NCBI GenBank assembly: GCA_028820405.1
Contig: JAPPJI010000004.1
Span: forward strand, 1-59,689
DNA length: 59,689 bases
Source: Candidatus Kaiserbacteria bacterium
GTDB taxonomy: Bacteria; Patescibacteriota; Minisyncoccia; Phycocordibacterales; JABAAK01
Direction: 5' to 3'
Under the pieces are notes generated by a model. The model saw only the letters and a program-made list of their open reading frames with translations. It had not been told where the DNA came from and did not search any database. Shown piece after piece: positions 47,414-55,539 of the stretch. The translations under genes and the position numbers were made by a program. Positions within the stretch are counted from its first letter, which is position 1, and each line of letters begins with the position of its first letter.

Positions 47414-47531
47414 CCACTAGTATACCCATCCTTCAAAGTATCGCAAGAGGGTCTTGAGGTAGGGTGTGGATAACTCTTTTCTGGTACTGATATCTTGTGC
47501 AATGCCCGTCTATCGGTACAATAGAAGTGTT

Positions 47532-48389
47532 ATGGATACTGGTCTTGATCAATTCTATACCAAGCCAGCCGTTGCTCGCTCTTGTATTGAGCACGTGCAA
47601 TCAGTGCTTAATCAATTAGAGGAAGAACCGGTTGTTTTCGTTGAACCGGCGGCCGGAACAGGGTCCTTTGTTGTCGAGCTTGCAAGTCTCGGACTTCCCG
47701 TTCAGGCGTATGATATTGACCCGCAGTATCCGCGTGTCATTAAACGGGACTTTCTTCAGGACCGTATTCGTCCTCGGGGCAATCGTCGTTCCCGGGTGGT
47801 TGTGGGGAATCCGCCGTTTGGCAAGCGGGGAAGTGTCGCTCTTGCGTTTTTGAATCGGTCACTGTATTGGGCTTCAGTGGTCGGACTTATCCTCCCCCGT
47901 CAATTCATGAAGTACGGTACGCAGAAACAGGTTAGTTCCGCTGCACATCTCGTTCTGCAAGAAACACTTCCTCCCCACTCATTTTCAACAGCAGTGCGAG
48001 ACTCTGTTGATATCGGCTGCGTGTTTCAAGTGTGGACTACCCTTGAGGCTGGTGTTCCTGATCTTCGTCTCGGCGAGAAGCCGGCGATATCGCACCGGGA
48101 CTTTATCTTGTATCAGTACAACAATACAGAAGAGGCACGAAAGTTTTTTGAAAACGATTTTGATATTGCTATTTTTAATCAGGGATACGGCGAGTACCCG
48201 ACGTTTCGAACGAGTGCGTCGAGTTGTGAAAAGAACAAACAATGGCTCCTCGTGAAGACGGCAAACAAAGGAGTGCTTGATCGGATAAAAAAGATGGATT
48301 ACAAAACACTGTCCGAGGGAAACACAACAGTTCCGGGATTTAGAAAAGCCGATTTTGTTCGTGAGTATGTTCGGCTGTATGAGTCGTAG
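47532..48389 (+). CDS. Orphan N6-adenine methyltransferase
   Basis: DQFYT, VEPAAGTGSF, AYDI, GNPPFG; no partner nuclease adjacent. Confidence 0.8.
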   Translation: MDTGLDQFYTKPAVARSCIEHVQSVLNQLEEEPVVFVEPAAGTGSFVVELASLGLPVQAYDIDPQYPRVIKRDFLQDRIRPRGNRRSRVVVGNPPFGKRGSVALAFLNRSLYWASVVGLILPRQFMKYGTQKQVSSAAHLVLQETLPPHSFSTAVRDSVDIGCVFQVWTTLEAGVPDLRLGEKPAISHRDFILYQYNNTEEARKFFENDFDIAIFNQGYGEYPTFRTSASSCEKNKQWLLVKTANKGVLDRIKKMDYKTLSEGNTTVPGFRKADFVREYVRLYES

Positions 48390-48395
48390 GTGTTA

Positions 48396-48482
48396 TGGTG
48401 CTCAGGAGAGGACTTGAACCTCCACAGGATTGCTCCCATACGCCCCTCAAGCGTACGCGTCTACCAGTTTCGCCACCTGAGC
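48396..48482 (-). tRNA. tRNA-Leu(GAG)
   Basis: Reverse complement GCTCAGG...TACGC-TT GAG GG-GCGTA...CCTGAGCACCA. Confidence 0.96.
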
Positions 48483-48539
48483 GTATCGTCAGTATATACC
48501 GTTTGTCTCAAATGTGCTTTTCCCAGTGTATGATGGTGA

Positions 48540-48941
48540 GTGATGGATACAGAGGAGAGAAAAGAGAATCTTTCCGAAGAAGCGTGGCGGGTGACGCAAG
48601 AGGGTGCGACAGAGGAACCGTTTACCAACAAGTACTACAAAGAGAAAGCGGACGGTCTCTACCACTGTGCTGTCTGTGATGCAAAATTGTTCGACTCATC
48701 AACTAAGTTTGATTCTTCTTCCGGGTGGCCAAGCTTCTATGACTCGGCTGACAAACAGGCAGTTACGCTCAGCACAGACACGTCAGCCGGCATGGAACGG
48801 ATAGAAGCATCATGTTCGTCATGCGGTGCCCACCTCGGTCACGTCTTTCCCGATGCACCGGACATGCCGACAGGGCAGCGGTTCTGCATCAATTCCTGCT
48901 CTCTTTCACTTAAAGAGAGAAATAATCAGGATTCGTCGTAG
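48540..48941 (+). CDS. msrB: Peptide methionine sulfoxide reductase B
   Basis: TEEPFT, CAVC, KFDSSSGWPSF, CSSCGAHLGHVF, RFCINS. Confidence 0.96.
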   Translation: MMDTEERKENLSEEAWRVTQEGATEEPFTNKYYKEKADGLYHCAVCDAKLFDSSTKFDSSSGWPSFYDSADKQAVTLSTDTSAGMERIEASCSSCGAHLGHVFPDAPDMPTGQRFCINSCSLSLKERNNQDSS

Positions 48942-49396
48942 GGCTTGACGTTCTTTCTGAGAAAAGCGGCAAGTCTCCCGATTTCCTTTTCATCGTCAAT
49001 GGTTTGTGAATCTAGTGCAGCAACCTCTTTTGTCTTGCGGTAGAGGTGGTTTGGTCTGAACGTTGTTCTGTATCCGTTGATGTTGTAGAAGCCAACCATG
49101 CAAAGTATAGAGGATCGTTTGTTCCCGTCTGACAATTTGTGACCTTTGATGACGGAGAACATGATTCGAGCTGCCGCTTCGTGCAGGTTGCTGCCAACAT
49201 AACGCACCCGTGTTTCTACGGTTCTTTGTACAGAGTCCATTCCCTCTATCCACCGATCTTTTTCGGTCGGGAGGAAGGAACCGAATATCTCGGTCAGATA
49301 TTTCTCGTTATATTCTTCTTCGTACAGCTCCAGCAATCCGTCTTGAGAGAAGAATACAACCTTACTCTCTTGAGAGCTTGGCGATGACGTCTCCAT
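48926..49396 (-). CDS. Doc-type Fic toxin
   Basis: AA......IKGHKLSDGNKR motif, then FY.ING. Confidence 0.8.
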   Translation of the reverse strand: METSSPSSQESKVVFFSQDGLLELYEEEYNEKYLTEIFGSFLPTEKDRWIEGMDSVQRTVETRVRYVGSNLHEAAARIMFSVIKGHKLSDGNKRSSILCMVGFYNINGYRTTFRPNHLYRKTKEVAALDSQTIDDEKEIGRLAAFLRKNVKPYDES

Positions 49397-49541
49397 ACTC
49401 TTTAACGGTGTGCTTTGCCGCTCTTTTAATTCTCCTACTCATTTCTTCATCACTCAACGTCCCGACCGTTCTTGTAACACGGTCGCCGGGGTTCTGTCTT
49501 CTCGTGAAGAGTGACTGAATGCGAGAGGCAAATGAGTTCAT
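49362..49541 (-). CDS. Putative 59-aa antitoxin partner of Doc (absent from ORF track)
   Basis: Hand-translated MNSFASRIQ...KRAAKHTVKEYGDVIAKLSRE*; overlaps the toxin start by 35 nt. Confidence 0.6.
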   Translation of the reverse strand: MNSFASRIQSLFTRRQNPGDRVTRTVGTLSDEEMSRRIKRAAKHTVKEYGDVIAKLSRE

Positions 49542-49661
49542 GAAATGCTATTATGCCACAGAAGACCTGACTGCCGAGAGAAAATCCACAACAATAGACA
49601 AAAAAGTAAAAATATTGTATTATATAAACAGATATCACGAATCACAGACAGGAGAAGAATA

Positions 49662-49919
49662 ATGGTAGTCATGATAGTTTTAGCAATCCTCATCGGTCTG
49701 CTTCTGCAACTTTCTGATCCAATCGGTTTTGTTGCGAACGCGGTGCTCATGGCAGTTGTCTTGGCAGGAATAGGCATTGTCACGTCCCCAATCCGGCTTT
49801 CTCTGTGGGGGTATCAAACGACGAAGACCTGGTGGAAAAAGAAGCCGGATGACAAAAAGAAGGGTGGTGACGGCAAACAACAAAAAAATAAGAACAGGAA
49901 CAGAGGGAACAAGAAGTAG
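49662..49919 (+). CDS. Small membrane protein with Lys-rich tail
   Basis: AGGAG SD, two TMs, followed by terminator AAACCCGCTT/AAGCGGGTTT at ~49921-49952. Confidence 0.6.
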   Translation: MVVMIVLAILIGLLLQLSDPIGFVANAVLMAVVLAGIGIVTSPIRLSLWGYQTTKTWWKKKPDDKKKGGDGKQQKNKNRNRGNKK

Positions 49920-50007
49920 AAAAACCCGCTTTCGTATACGGAAGCGGGTTTCTGTTTTGCACCTCCCATTGCAATCAGGAAGCGGGTTGTGTATGGTGAG
50001 TAGTAAG

Positions 50008-50052
50008 GTCCGAAGACAGTAGGTACCAGCAATGGGTAAAACCTGCCGAGGC
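50008..50052 (+). promoter_or_regulatory. Ribosomal protein L10 leader (autogenous control)
   Basis: CCGAAGACAGTAGG...TAAA.CCTGCCGAGG matches the known L10-leader core, directly upstream of rplJ. Confidence 0.8.
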
Positions 50053-50097
50053 ATCTATACAAACTGAAGGAAGCGGGCCGAACTATTATCCATAACT

Positions 50098-50580
50098 ATG
50101 GCACTATCACGGTCACAAAAAGAATCGGCTGTTGCTACGATCAAAGAAAACGTTACCAAGGCAAAGACACTGGTCTTTGTTCGTTTTGACAAGGTAACCG
50201 CTGAGGAGATGAATGCACTCCGAACATCATGTGCTAACGAAGACGTCCATTTCATTGTTGCGAAGAAAACGCTCCTTCGAAAAGCATTTGACGGTGCTGA
50301 CATTGACGGTGAGTTTCCCTCCCTTGACGGGGAAGTGGCACTCGCAAGCAGTGAAGATCTGTTGGCATCGGCACGAATCATGGGAGAGCAGAGCAAGCAG
50401 TTGGAAGACCGCCTGCACATCATCGGCGGTGTTTTTGAAGGCGCGTTTACCCCGGAAGGTCAGATGCAAGTCATTGCTGATATTCCGCCACTTAAAACAC
50501 TGTATGCACAATTCCTCATGGTCATTCGATCCCCGATTCAAGGATTTGTGTCCGTGCTTGATCAAGTTGCCAAGAAATAA
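50098..50580 (+). CDS. rplJ: 50S ribosomal protein L10
   Basis: VAKKTLLRKA, GG.FEG, IPP...LYAQ; upstream of rplL. Confidence 0.95.
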   Translation: MALSRSQKESAVATIKENVTKAKTLVFVRFDKVTAEEMNALRTSCANEDVHFIVAKKTLLRKAFDGADIDGEFPSLDGEVALASSEDLLASARIMGEQSKQLEDRLHIIGGVFEGAFTPEGQMQVIADIPPLKTLYAQFLMVIRSPIQGFVSVLDQVAKK

Positions 50581-50583
50581 CGT

Positions 50584-51048
50584 ATGAGCGAAGAAGAAAA
50601 ACAAGAAGAAACAAAGGAGGAAAAGCCACAAGAAGAGGAAGTGGCACCGGAGGACAGTGGAGACACGGCTGAGGTTGAGGTTCCGGAGAAATTTGCAACC
50701 ATTGTCAGTGAAATTGAAAAGCTGAGTGTACTTGACATGCATGAGCTCGTGAAGCTGTTCGAAAAGAAGTTCGATGTCTCAGCAGTTGTTGCGGCAGCAC
50801 CGGCAGACGGGGCATCAGAGGGAGGCGGTGACGACGGTGGATTGGTAACGGTCACACTTGATGATGCCGGAGCAAACAAGATTCAGGTGATCAAGGTTGT
50901 GAAGGAGCTTACCGGTCTTGGTCTCAAAGAGGCGAAGGACTTTGTCGAGAGTGCTCCGAAGCCGGTCAAGGAAGGGATCCAGAAGGAAGAGGCAGATGAG
51001 ATTGTCTCGAAACTTGAAGAGGCCGGTGCAAAGGCTTCTGTTGCGTAG
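50584..51048 (+). CDS. rplL: 50S ribosomal protein L7/L12 with acidic N-terminal extension
   Basis: [33 protein letters not shown]. Confidence 0.97.
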   Translation: MSEEEKQEETKEEKPQEEEVAPEDSGDTAEVEVPEKFATIVSEIEKLSVLDMHELVKLFEKKFDVSAVVAAAPADGASEGGGDDGGLVTVTLDDAGANKIQVIKVVKELTGLGLKEAKDFVESAPKPVKEGIQKEEADEIVSKLEEAGAKASVA

Positions 51049-51069
51049 AGAAAACGCTTCCGCAGATGA

Positions 51070-51098
51070 AAAACGCAGGTTTTGTGCCTGCGTTTTTT
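51070..51098 (+). terminator. Intrinsic terminator of rplJL
   Basis: AAAACGCAGG/CCTGCGTTTT followed by Ts. Confidence 0.75.
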
Positions 51099-51165
51099 GT
51101 CATGTTCCTGATTCCATGTGTATATGTCATCTCTGAAAAGGGAGGGTGTGTGATACTACAAGGGT

Positions 51166-51810
51166 ATGCTGGTTCGAGAGAGTAAGAAGGATCCGCTTAT
51201 CAGTATCATGGGATGTGAGGTGCGGGCAAAACTTGTTCGTGTCTTCTCGCTTAATAAAGACACCGTTTACATCGCGAAAGATTTTGTCAAAACCTTGCGA
51301 AAACGGGATGCAGTGATCAAGACCGTGTTAAGGAATCTTGAACGGGATGGAATCGTGAAGAAAAAAAAGGTTCCTGCGGCAGAACGACGGAGTAAAGGGA
51401 TACGAGAAACCATGGGATACGGATATAACAAGCGGTACCCGCACCGTGTTTTTTTGGACACGGTTGTGGAAGAGTCAGTACCGACTGAGCAGGAGGTGCT
51501 GGCTAAAAAGATTACCCAGGTACCGGGGGTTCAGTGTGTGGTCACCACCGATGTTTATGTTGATCGACCGGATACCGTTGCCGATATCATCATTGCGTCA
51601 TCGGAAGATAATGAGGACAACCTCAAGGACCTGATCCGAGATGCTGAAAAAATCATCGGCAGGGAACTTCGCTGCGTTTTCCTGACCATCAATGAACTCC
51701 TCTACCGTGCCCAAACGAATGACCGCTTTATCCGTGACACGCTTGACAGTTCCCACCAGGTACATGTTGATAAAACAGGGGTGTTTGTCGGTGAAGGTGC
51801 ATCCGCCTAA
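51166..51810 (+). CDS. wHTH plus degenerate nucleotidyltransferase-like protein
   Basis: R.KL...F, L..LE..GIV HTH; DIII...E..IGREL...D.FI pattern. Confidence 0.6.
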   Translation: MLVRESKKDPLISIMGCEVRAKLVRVFSLNKDTVYIAKDFVKTLRKRDAVIKTVLRNLERDGIVKKKKVPAAERRSKGIRETMGYGYNKRYPHRVFLDTVVEESVPTEQEVLAKKITQVPGVQCVVTTDVYVDRPDTVADIIIASSEDNEDNLKDLIRDAEKIIGRELRCVFLTINELLYRAQTNDRFIRDTLDSSHQVHVDKTGVFVGEGASA

Positions 51811-51894
51811 GAGGGCGGTTGGTACGGTATACTGGAGACATGTGGCTGGGTCCTCATAGCGGTCCCTCCCACACCATTACAGATCTGTAAATTA

Positions 51895-52581
51895 ATGAAC
51901 ATGATTAATAATTTAGATTTACTTTCTACGAACACGCAGGAGGTACTGCAACTACCACTGATGTTTATTCCTCAGCTGGTTATTGCTCTCTTTATCCTCA
52001 TTGTTGGTTGGATTGTCGGGTGGCTTGTGGAGCGAGTGCTGATTTCAGTTTTCAGGGCGCTCCCGTTCTTTGATGAAGTGCTTCGAAATGTCGGTCTTGA
52101 AGAGGTGACGAAGCGAGCCGGGATGCGAATCAATCTCGGAAAATTCTTCGGCGTTGTCCTGAAGGTATTCATTATCTTCGCGTTTCTCGTTGCAGCAATT
52201 GATGTGCTCGGACTGCAGGCAGTGAACCAGTTCCTCATCTCTGAGGTGCTCGGCTACCTACCGAAAGTCATCTCCGCAGCATTTGTGGTTGTTATCGGTC
52301 TTGTTGTGGCTAACTTTGTCAGCAATATGGTTGCCGGTGCAAGTCGTGCAGTGAAAGTTGAAGGTGGCATTGCAACAAAGATCACGAAGTGGTCAATTGT
52401 TGTCCTCTCAGTCATCGTTGCTCTCGGTGAGCTCGGTATTGCGAATGAGATCATGCAGAGTGTGGTGGTTGGTATTATTGCCTCCATCTCCCTTGCACTT
52501 GGTTTGGCCTTCGGTCTCGGCGGTCAGCAGGCAGCGGCAGATTTCATCAATCGAGTGAAAGACGACATCGGAAGAGGTTAG
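51895..52581 (+). CDS. TM-helix repeat membrane protein (CmpX/MscS-associated)
   Basis: P..VIAL.IL.VGW, YLPKVISA, LALGLAFGLGG. Confidence 0.85.
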   Translation: MNMINNLDLLSTNTQEVLQLPLMFIPQLVIALFILIVGWIVGWLVERVLISVFRALPFFDEVLRNVGLEEVTKRAGMRINLGKFFGVVLKVFIIFAFLVAAIDVLGLQAVNQFLISEVLGYLPKVISAAFVVVIGLVVANFVSNMVAGASRAVKVEGGIATKITKWSIVVLSVIVALGELGIANEIMQSVVVGIIASISLALGLAFGLGGQQAAADFINRVKDDIGRG

Positions 52582-52604
52582 TCGGAAACGTTTCTGATAT
52601 ATGC

Positions 52605-52630
52605 AAAACACCACCATTTGGTGGTGTTTT
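52605..52630 (+). terminator. Intrinsic terminator
   Basis: AAAACACCACCA-T-TGGTGGTGTTTT type hairpin followed by a T-rich tail. Confidence 0.7.
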
Positions 52631-52721
52631 GTTTTTCTCAGCAAGTTTTTGATTTTGTGATATAGTTATAAAAGTATTCTTTCCCGGTCAAGGGTGACTC
52701 TATCCTGCAAGGAGGTTGAAA

Positions 52722-53105
52722 ATGACAAAGCCCGTATCGGTACTAATTAACGATCGTTATGAATATGCGGTGGAGGACTTTGAGATTCTCGGAGGAACTG
52801 TTACGGTGGTCACGGTTCCTCATGAAGACATCGTGGTGGAATTTGATATCCCCGAAGAAATTGCCCCTGAGGAATTTGCCGGGGCTGTTCGTGAACTCAA
52901 TCTCAATAGCAGAATGGGCATTCTGTTGTCAGGCAAGATGCCTGTGTGGGGGTGGGGGATAGTTGTGCATATCGTGCATGTCACCACCTACATCGCCATC
53001 CTAGATCCCTGCTTGGGAGGGTGTGTCGTCGTGATGGTGCGGCCCGATGAAAAACAAGTAAAAGTCGGTCAGGTTTTACGGATCCCAGGTCTTTCATTAG
53101 GCTGA
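52722..53105 (+). CDS. Csx3/Crn3 ring-nuclease-like protein, stand-alone
   Basis: GILLSGKMPVW...VH..H...IAILDPCLGGCVVV...GQV aligns by eye to the Csx3 consensus GVVISGRGPIW..H..H..VA.YDPRLG.AVVV.SH..GDV; AGGAGG SD. Confidence 0.72.
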   Translation: MTKPVSVLINDRYEYAVEDFEILGGTVTVVTVPHEDIVVEFDIPEEIAPEEFAGAVRELNLNSRMGILLSGKMPVWGWGIVVHIVHVTTYIAILDPCLGGCVVVMVRPDEKQVKVGQVLRIPGLSLG

Positions 53106-53108
53106 CTG

Positions 53109-53148
53109 AAAAACCCGCCCTACCTGACTTATGGTATGGCGGGTTTTG
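53109..53148 (+). terminator. Intrinsic terminator
   Basis: AAAACCCGCC...GGCGGGTTTT. Confidence 0.7.
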
Positions 53149-53241
53149 TCGTGTTTGTGTAAAGTATAAGGAGAGATGCCGGTCGGCAATCTATTTTCTA
53201 ACCACAGCATCGCAAGGTGCAAAGATAGGGAGACCTGAAAA

Positions 53242-54693
53242 ATGGCAGAAAAGCTGATTGTAAGGGATCGACTTTTGAACAAAATCTTTTTTAAGGAGTT
53301 TGAGCACTCGTCGGGGTTTCGGATTGCCGCAATCTGCAATCGGCAGGTTGATCCGGAGACCTATGCCGCTATTGGCGCAAGTCTCTCCCGGAATCCGTCG
53401 CCGCTGAGGGCTCGGTTGGGGGAGCTCACTGATTTACAGAAAAAGAGGATCATCGGAAGGTATTTTAGGGATTATGGTCACAACTCCGTCGGAGAAATGG
53501 GACACCTCTTTCTTTCCGTTGAAGACATCAGCATGCTCGCTGCAATGCAGTTGATCAGCTTTGCCCGTTTCCAAGGTCAAGAAGCGTCAACGCGATACAT
53601 TGATTTCAGCGAGGTGCGGTATACGCTTCCTTCTCAGATGCAGGAAGATCAGGGTGTCCACGATCTTATGCATGCGTGGTTCGATCTGTACAGCGAGGTG
53701 AACGAACGGTTAGTTGAGCACTATGTTACCAAAGAGGGGATGAAGGAGGGACAGGCACGACCGAGAGCGTTTGATATTGCCGGAGCCTTTCTTCCTTCCG
53801 CGGCAAAAACGAGTGTCGTTATCGCGTGTGACATCAGGAACTTGATTGAGCATGCACGGAAGTTGCGGTCGTACGAAGGTGAGGAGATACAGCATATCAG
53901 CCGGCATCTCCTTGCAGTGATTGACCATCTCTGCCCGAACTCGGTTCGATCGATCGATATGGAAGAAAGTGTGTCGAATGATACCGATCGTCATGCTGTA
54001 TCTTTTTTTGAAGGAGAGTTACAGCGATCCTTTGAGGGTTTCAGAAATAGTGACCCAGAGCCCCGATGGACTCTTCGTCCGTGGGAACTGCGGCCAAAAC
54101 TGTGGGGGAAGACACGGGAGGAAATCATTCGCCTGCTCCGTAGTGAAGAGGTGGGGAGGTACGGTCAGGTTACCTGTGCGGGGAGAGTTTCATTCCGCTC
54201 ACTGAGGGAATTGATGCGTCACCGCCCGAACGTAAAGATCTGGTCGTTTGCATGGAGAGAGCGAGGGACGTCCTCTACGCCTGCGTGGAGAGATGAGTCG
54301 GAGACACTCTACCCACCCCAGTTTTGTCCCTGGTATCTTTTGAGAATTCCCGACACACATCAAGAGGGTATCCGTGAAAGAGTGCAGCAGCTCATGGCGA
54401 CAACCACTGCGATCGGCATTGAGTCATATGTGCGCACAGTCGGCAGGAAGCCGGCCGGCGTTCTCCTCCCCATGGGAGCGGAAGTGCTCTTTGAATTGAC
54501 CGCAACGCTTGATAAGTGGATGTACCTGCTCCACCTTCGATCCGGTCTCAAGGTGCACCCCGAGGTTCGTAATGTGATTCGTTCTTGGGGTCGGGAGATC
54601 TGTGACGGGCTCGGATTTGAGCCGGAGGACCTTGGTCTGAAGTATCTGGAGACACCTGAAACGGATTACGGGAGACGATCAAAAGATGCGTAA
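53242..54693 (+). CDS. thyX: Tandem-domain flavin-dependent thymidylate synthase-like protein
   Basis: YGHNSVGE, QEASTRY, second half RELMRHR and LHLRS...HPE. Confidence 0.7.
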   Translation: MAEKLIVRDRLLNKIFFKEFEHSSGFRIAAICNRQVDPETYAAIGASLSRNPSPLRARLGELTDLQKKRIIGRYFRDYGHNSVGEMGHLFLSVEDISMLAAMQLISFARFQGQEASTRYIDFSEVRYTLPSQMQEDQGVHDLMHAWFDLYSEVNERLVEHYVTKEGMKEGQARPRAFDIAGAFLPSAAKTSVVIACDIRNLIEHARKLRSYEGEEIQHISRHLLAVIDHLCPNSVRSIDMEESVSNDTDRHAVSFFEGELQRSFEGFRNSDPEPRWTLRPWELRPKLWGKTREEIIRLLRSEEVGRYGQVTCAGRVSFRSLRELMRHRPNVKIWSFAWRERGTSSTPAWRDESETLYPPQFCPWYLLRIPDTHQEGIRERVQQLMATTTAIGIESYVRTVGRKPAGVLLPMGAEVLFELTATLDKWMYLLHLRSGLKVHPEVRNVIRSWGREICDGLGFEPEDLGLKYLETPETDYGRRSKDA

Positions 54694-54926
54694 GATGGTC
54701 GCTATCGGTCATCTCTACCCGGGAGCCAGCATGGTCCCGGGTATTTTGTTTGATTTACTGAAGTGCCGCGGTCATGTACGCTTTTATGTCTGACGGGGTC
54801 CATTTTATTGCAGGCAAGAAGGTAAAGTCTGCTGATGCCAAATGATATCGAACAGAATCTTCCCTTTCTGTTACTCGTTCTTGTTTTTCTGTGGATGCAG
54901 TTTTAGGTATTATGGGGATCATCAGG

Positions 54927-55202
54927 TTATTTTTTTTTCAGGTAGTTTTTCCATAGCTGTTCCATCTCTTTATCAACTTCCTGATTCAGCAGTTCGGGCG
55001 CATCGTTGTCTTGGGTCGCCGTGATGTATTCTCCTATCTGCTCGTCCAGCGTTGCCTTTGCAGTGCGGGAGTCTTTTGCACTCACCGTTATGTTAAGCTC
55101 AAGGGCCGTTGCATAGTAGAGACCTTCTTTGTCGTCAAGAATTTGATATACGAGAGACCGTATCACCAATCTTTCAAATGAGTTGACTGGACCACCTTCC
55201 AT
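54927..55202 (-). CDS. HicB-like antitoxin domain protein (possibly frameshifted at A9)
   Basis: YYATALELNITVSA.D...A..TL.E.I..Y RNase H-like HicB pattern. Confidence 0.55.
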   Translation of the reverse strand: MEGGPVNSFERLVIRSLVYQILDDKEGLYYATALELNITVSAKDSRTAKATLDEQIGEYITATQDNDAPELLNQEVDKEMEQLWKNYLKKK

Positions 55203-55539
55203 ATTTTCACAGTATACGTTACGTAAGTACCGAAGAGCAGGTGTGTATATTTTCTTTACATGGAAATTGACAAGAAAATCTACATTATTTACACTATGGG
55301 CATCTTCATCAACTGCCATGGTTCCAAAAAAGCAAAGAAGCAATAACACGCTTGGGAAGTTTATCCAACAGCAATGAACCAAGCAAAAAAAGAGAACGAG
55401 TGAGGAGGTGTGTGAAAGAGAAGGGGTAGAGGAAGGGTCTTTTTGCAAAAACACCACTGTTGTCTTTTCAACCTTCTCTTTGATTGAGTCCGTGAGTGAA
55501 TCTTTCTTTTTACACAAATCTCACAAGAGGCATCGCTTC

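Noticed and set aside
1591-52644. Numerous short antisense or overlapping ORFs in the track
   Set aside because: They shadow well-supported genes and have no motifs of their own.
55203-55517. N-terminal extension of the HicB-like ORF
   Set aside because: Reads through an AT-rich promoter-like region with TTGACA and low-complexity sequence; ATG 55202 fits the domain better.
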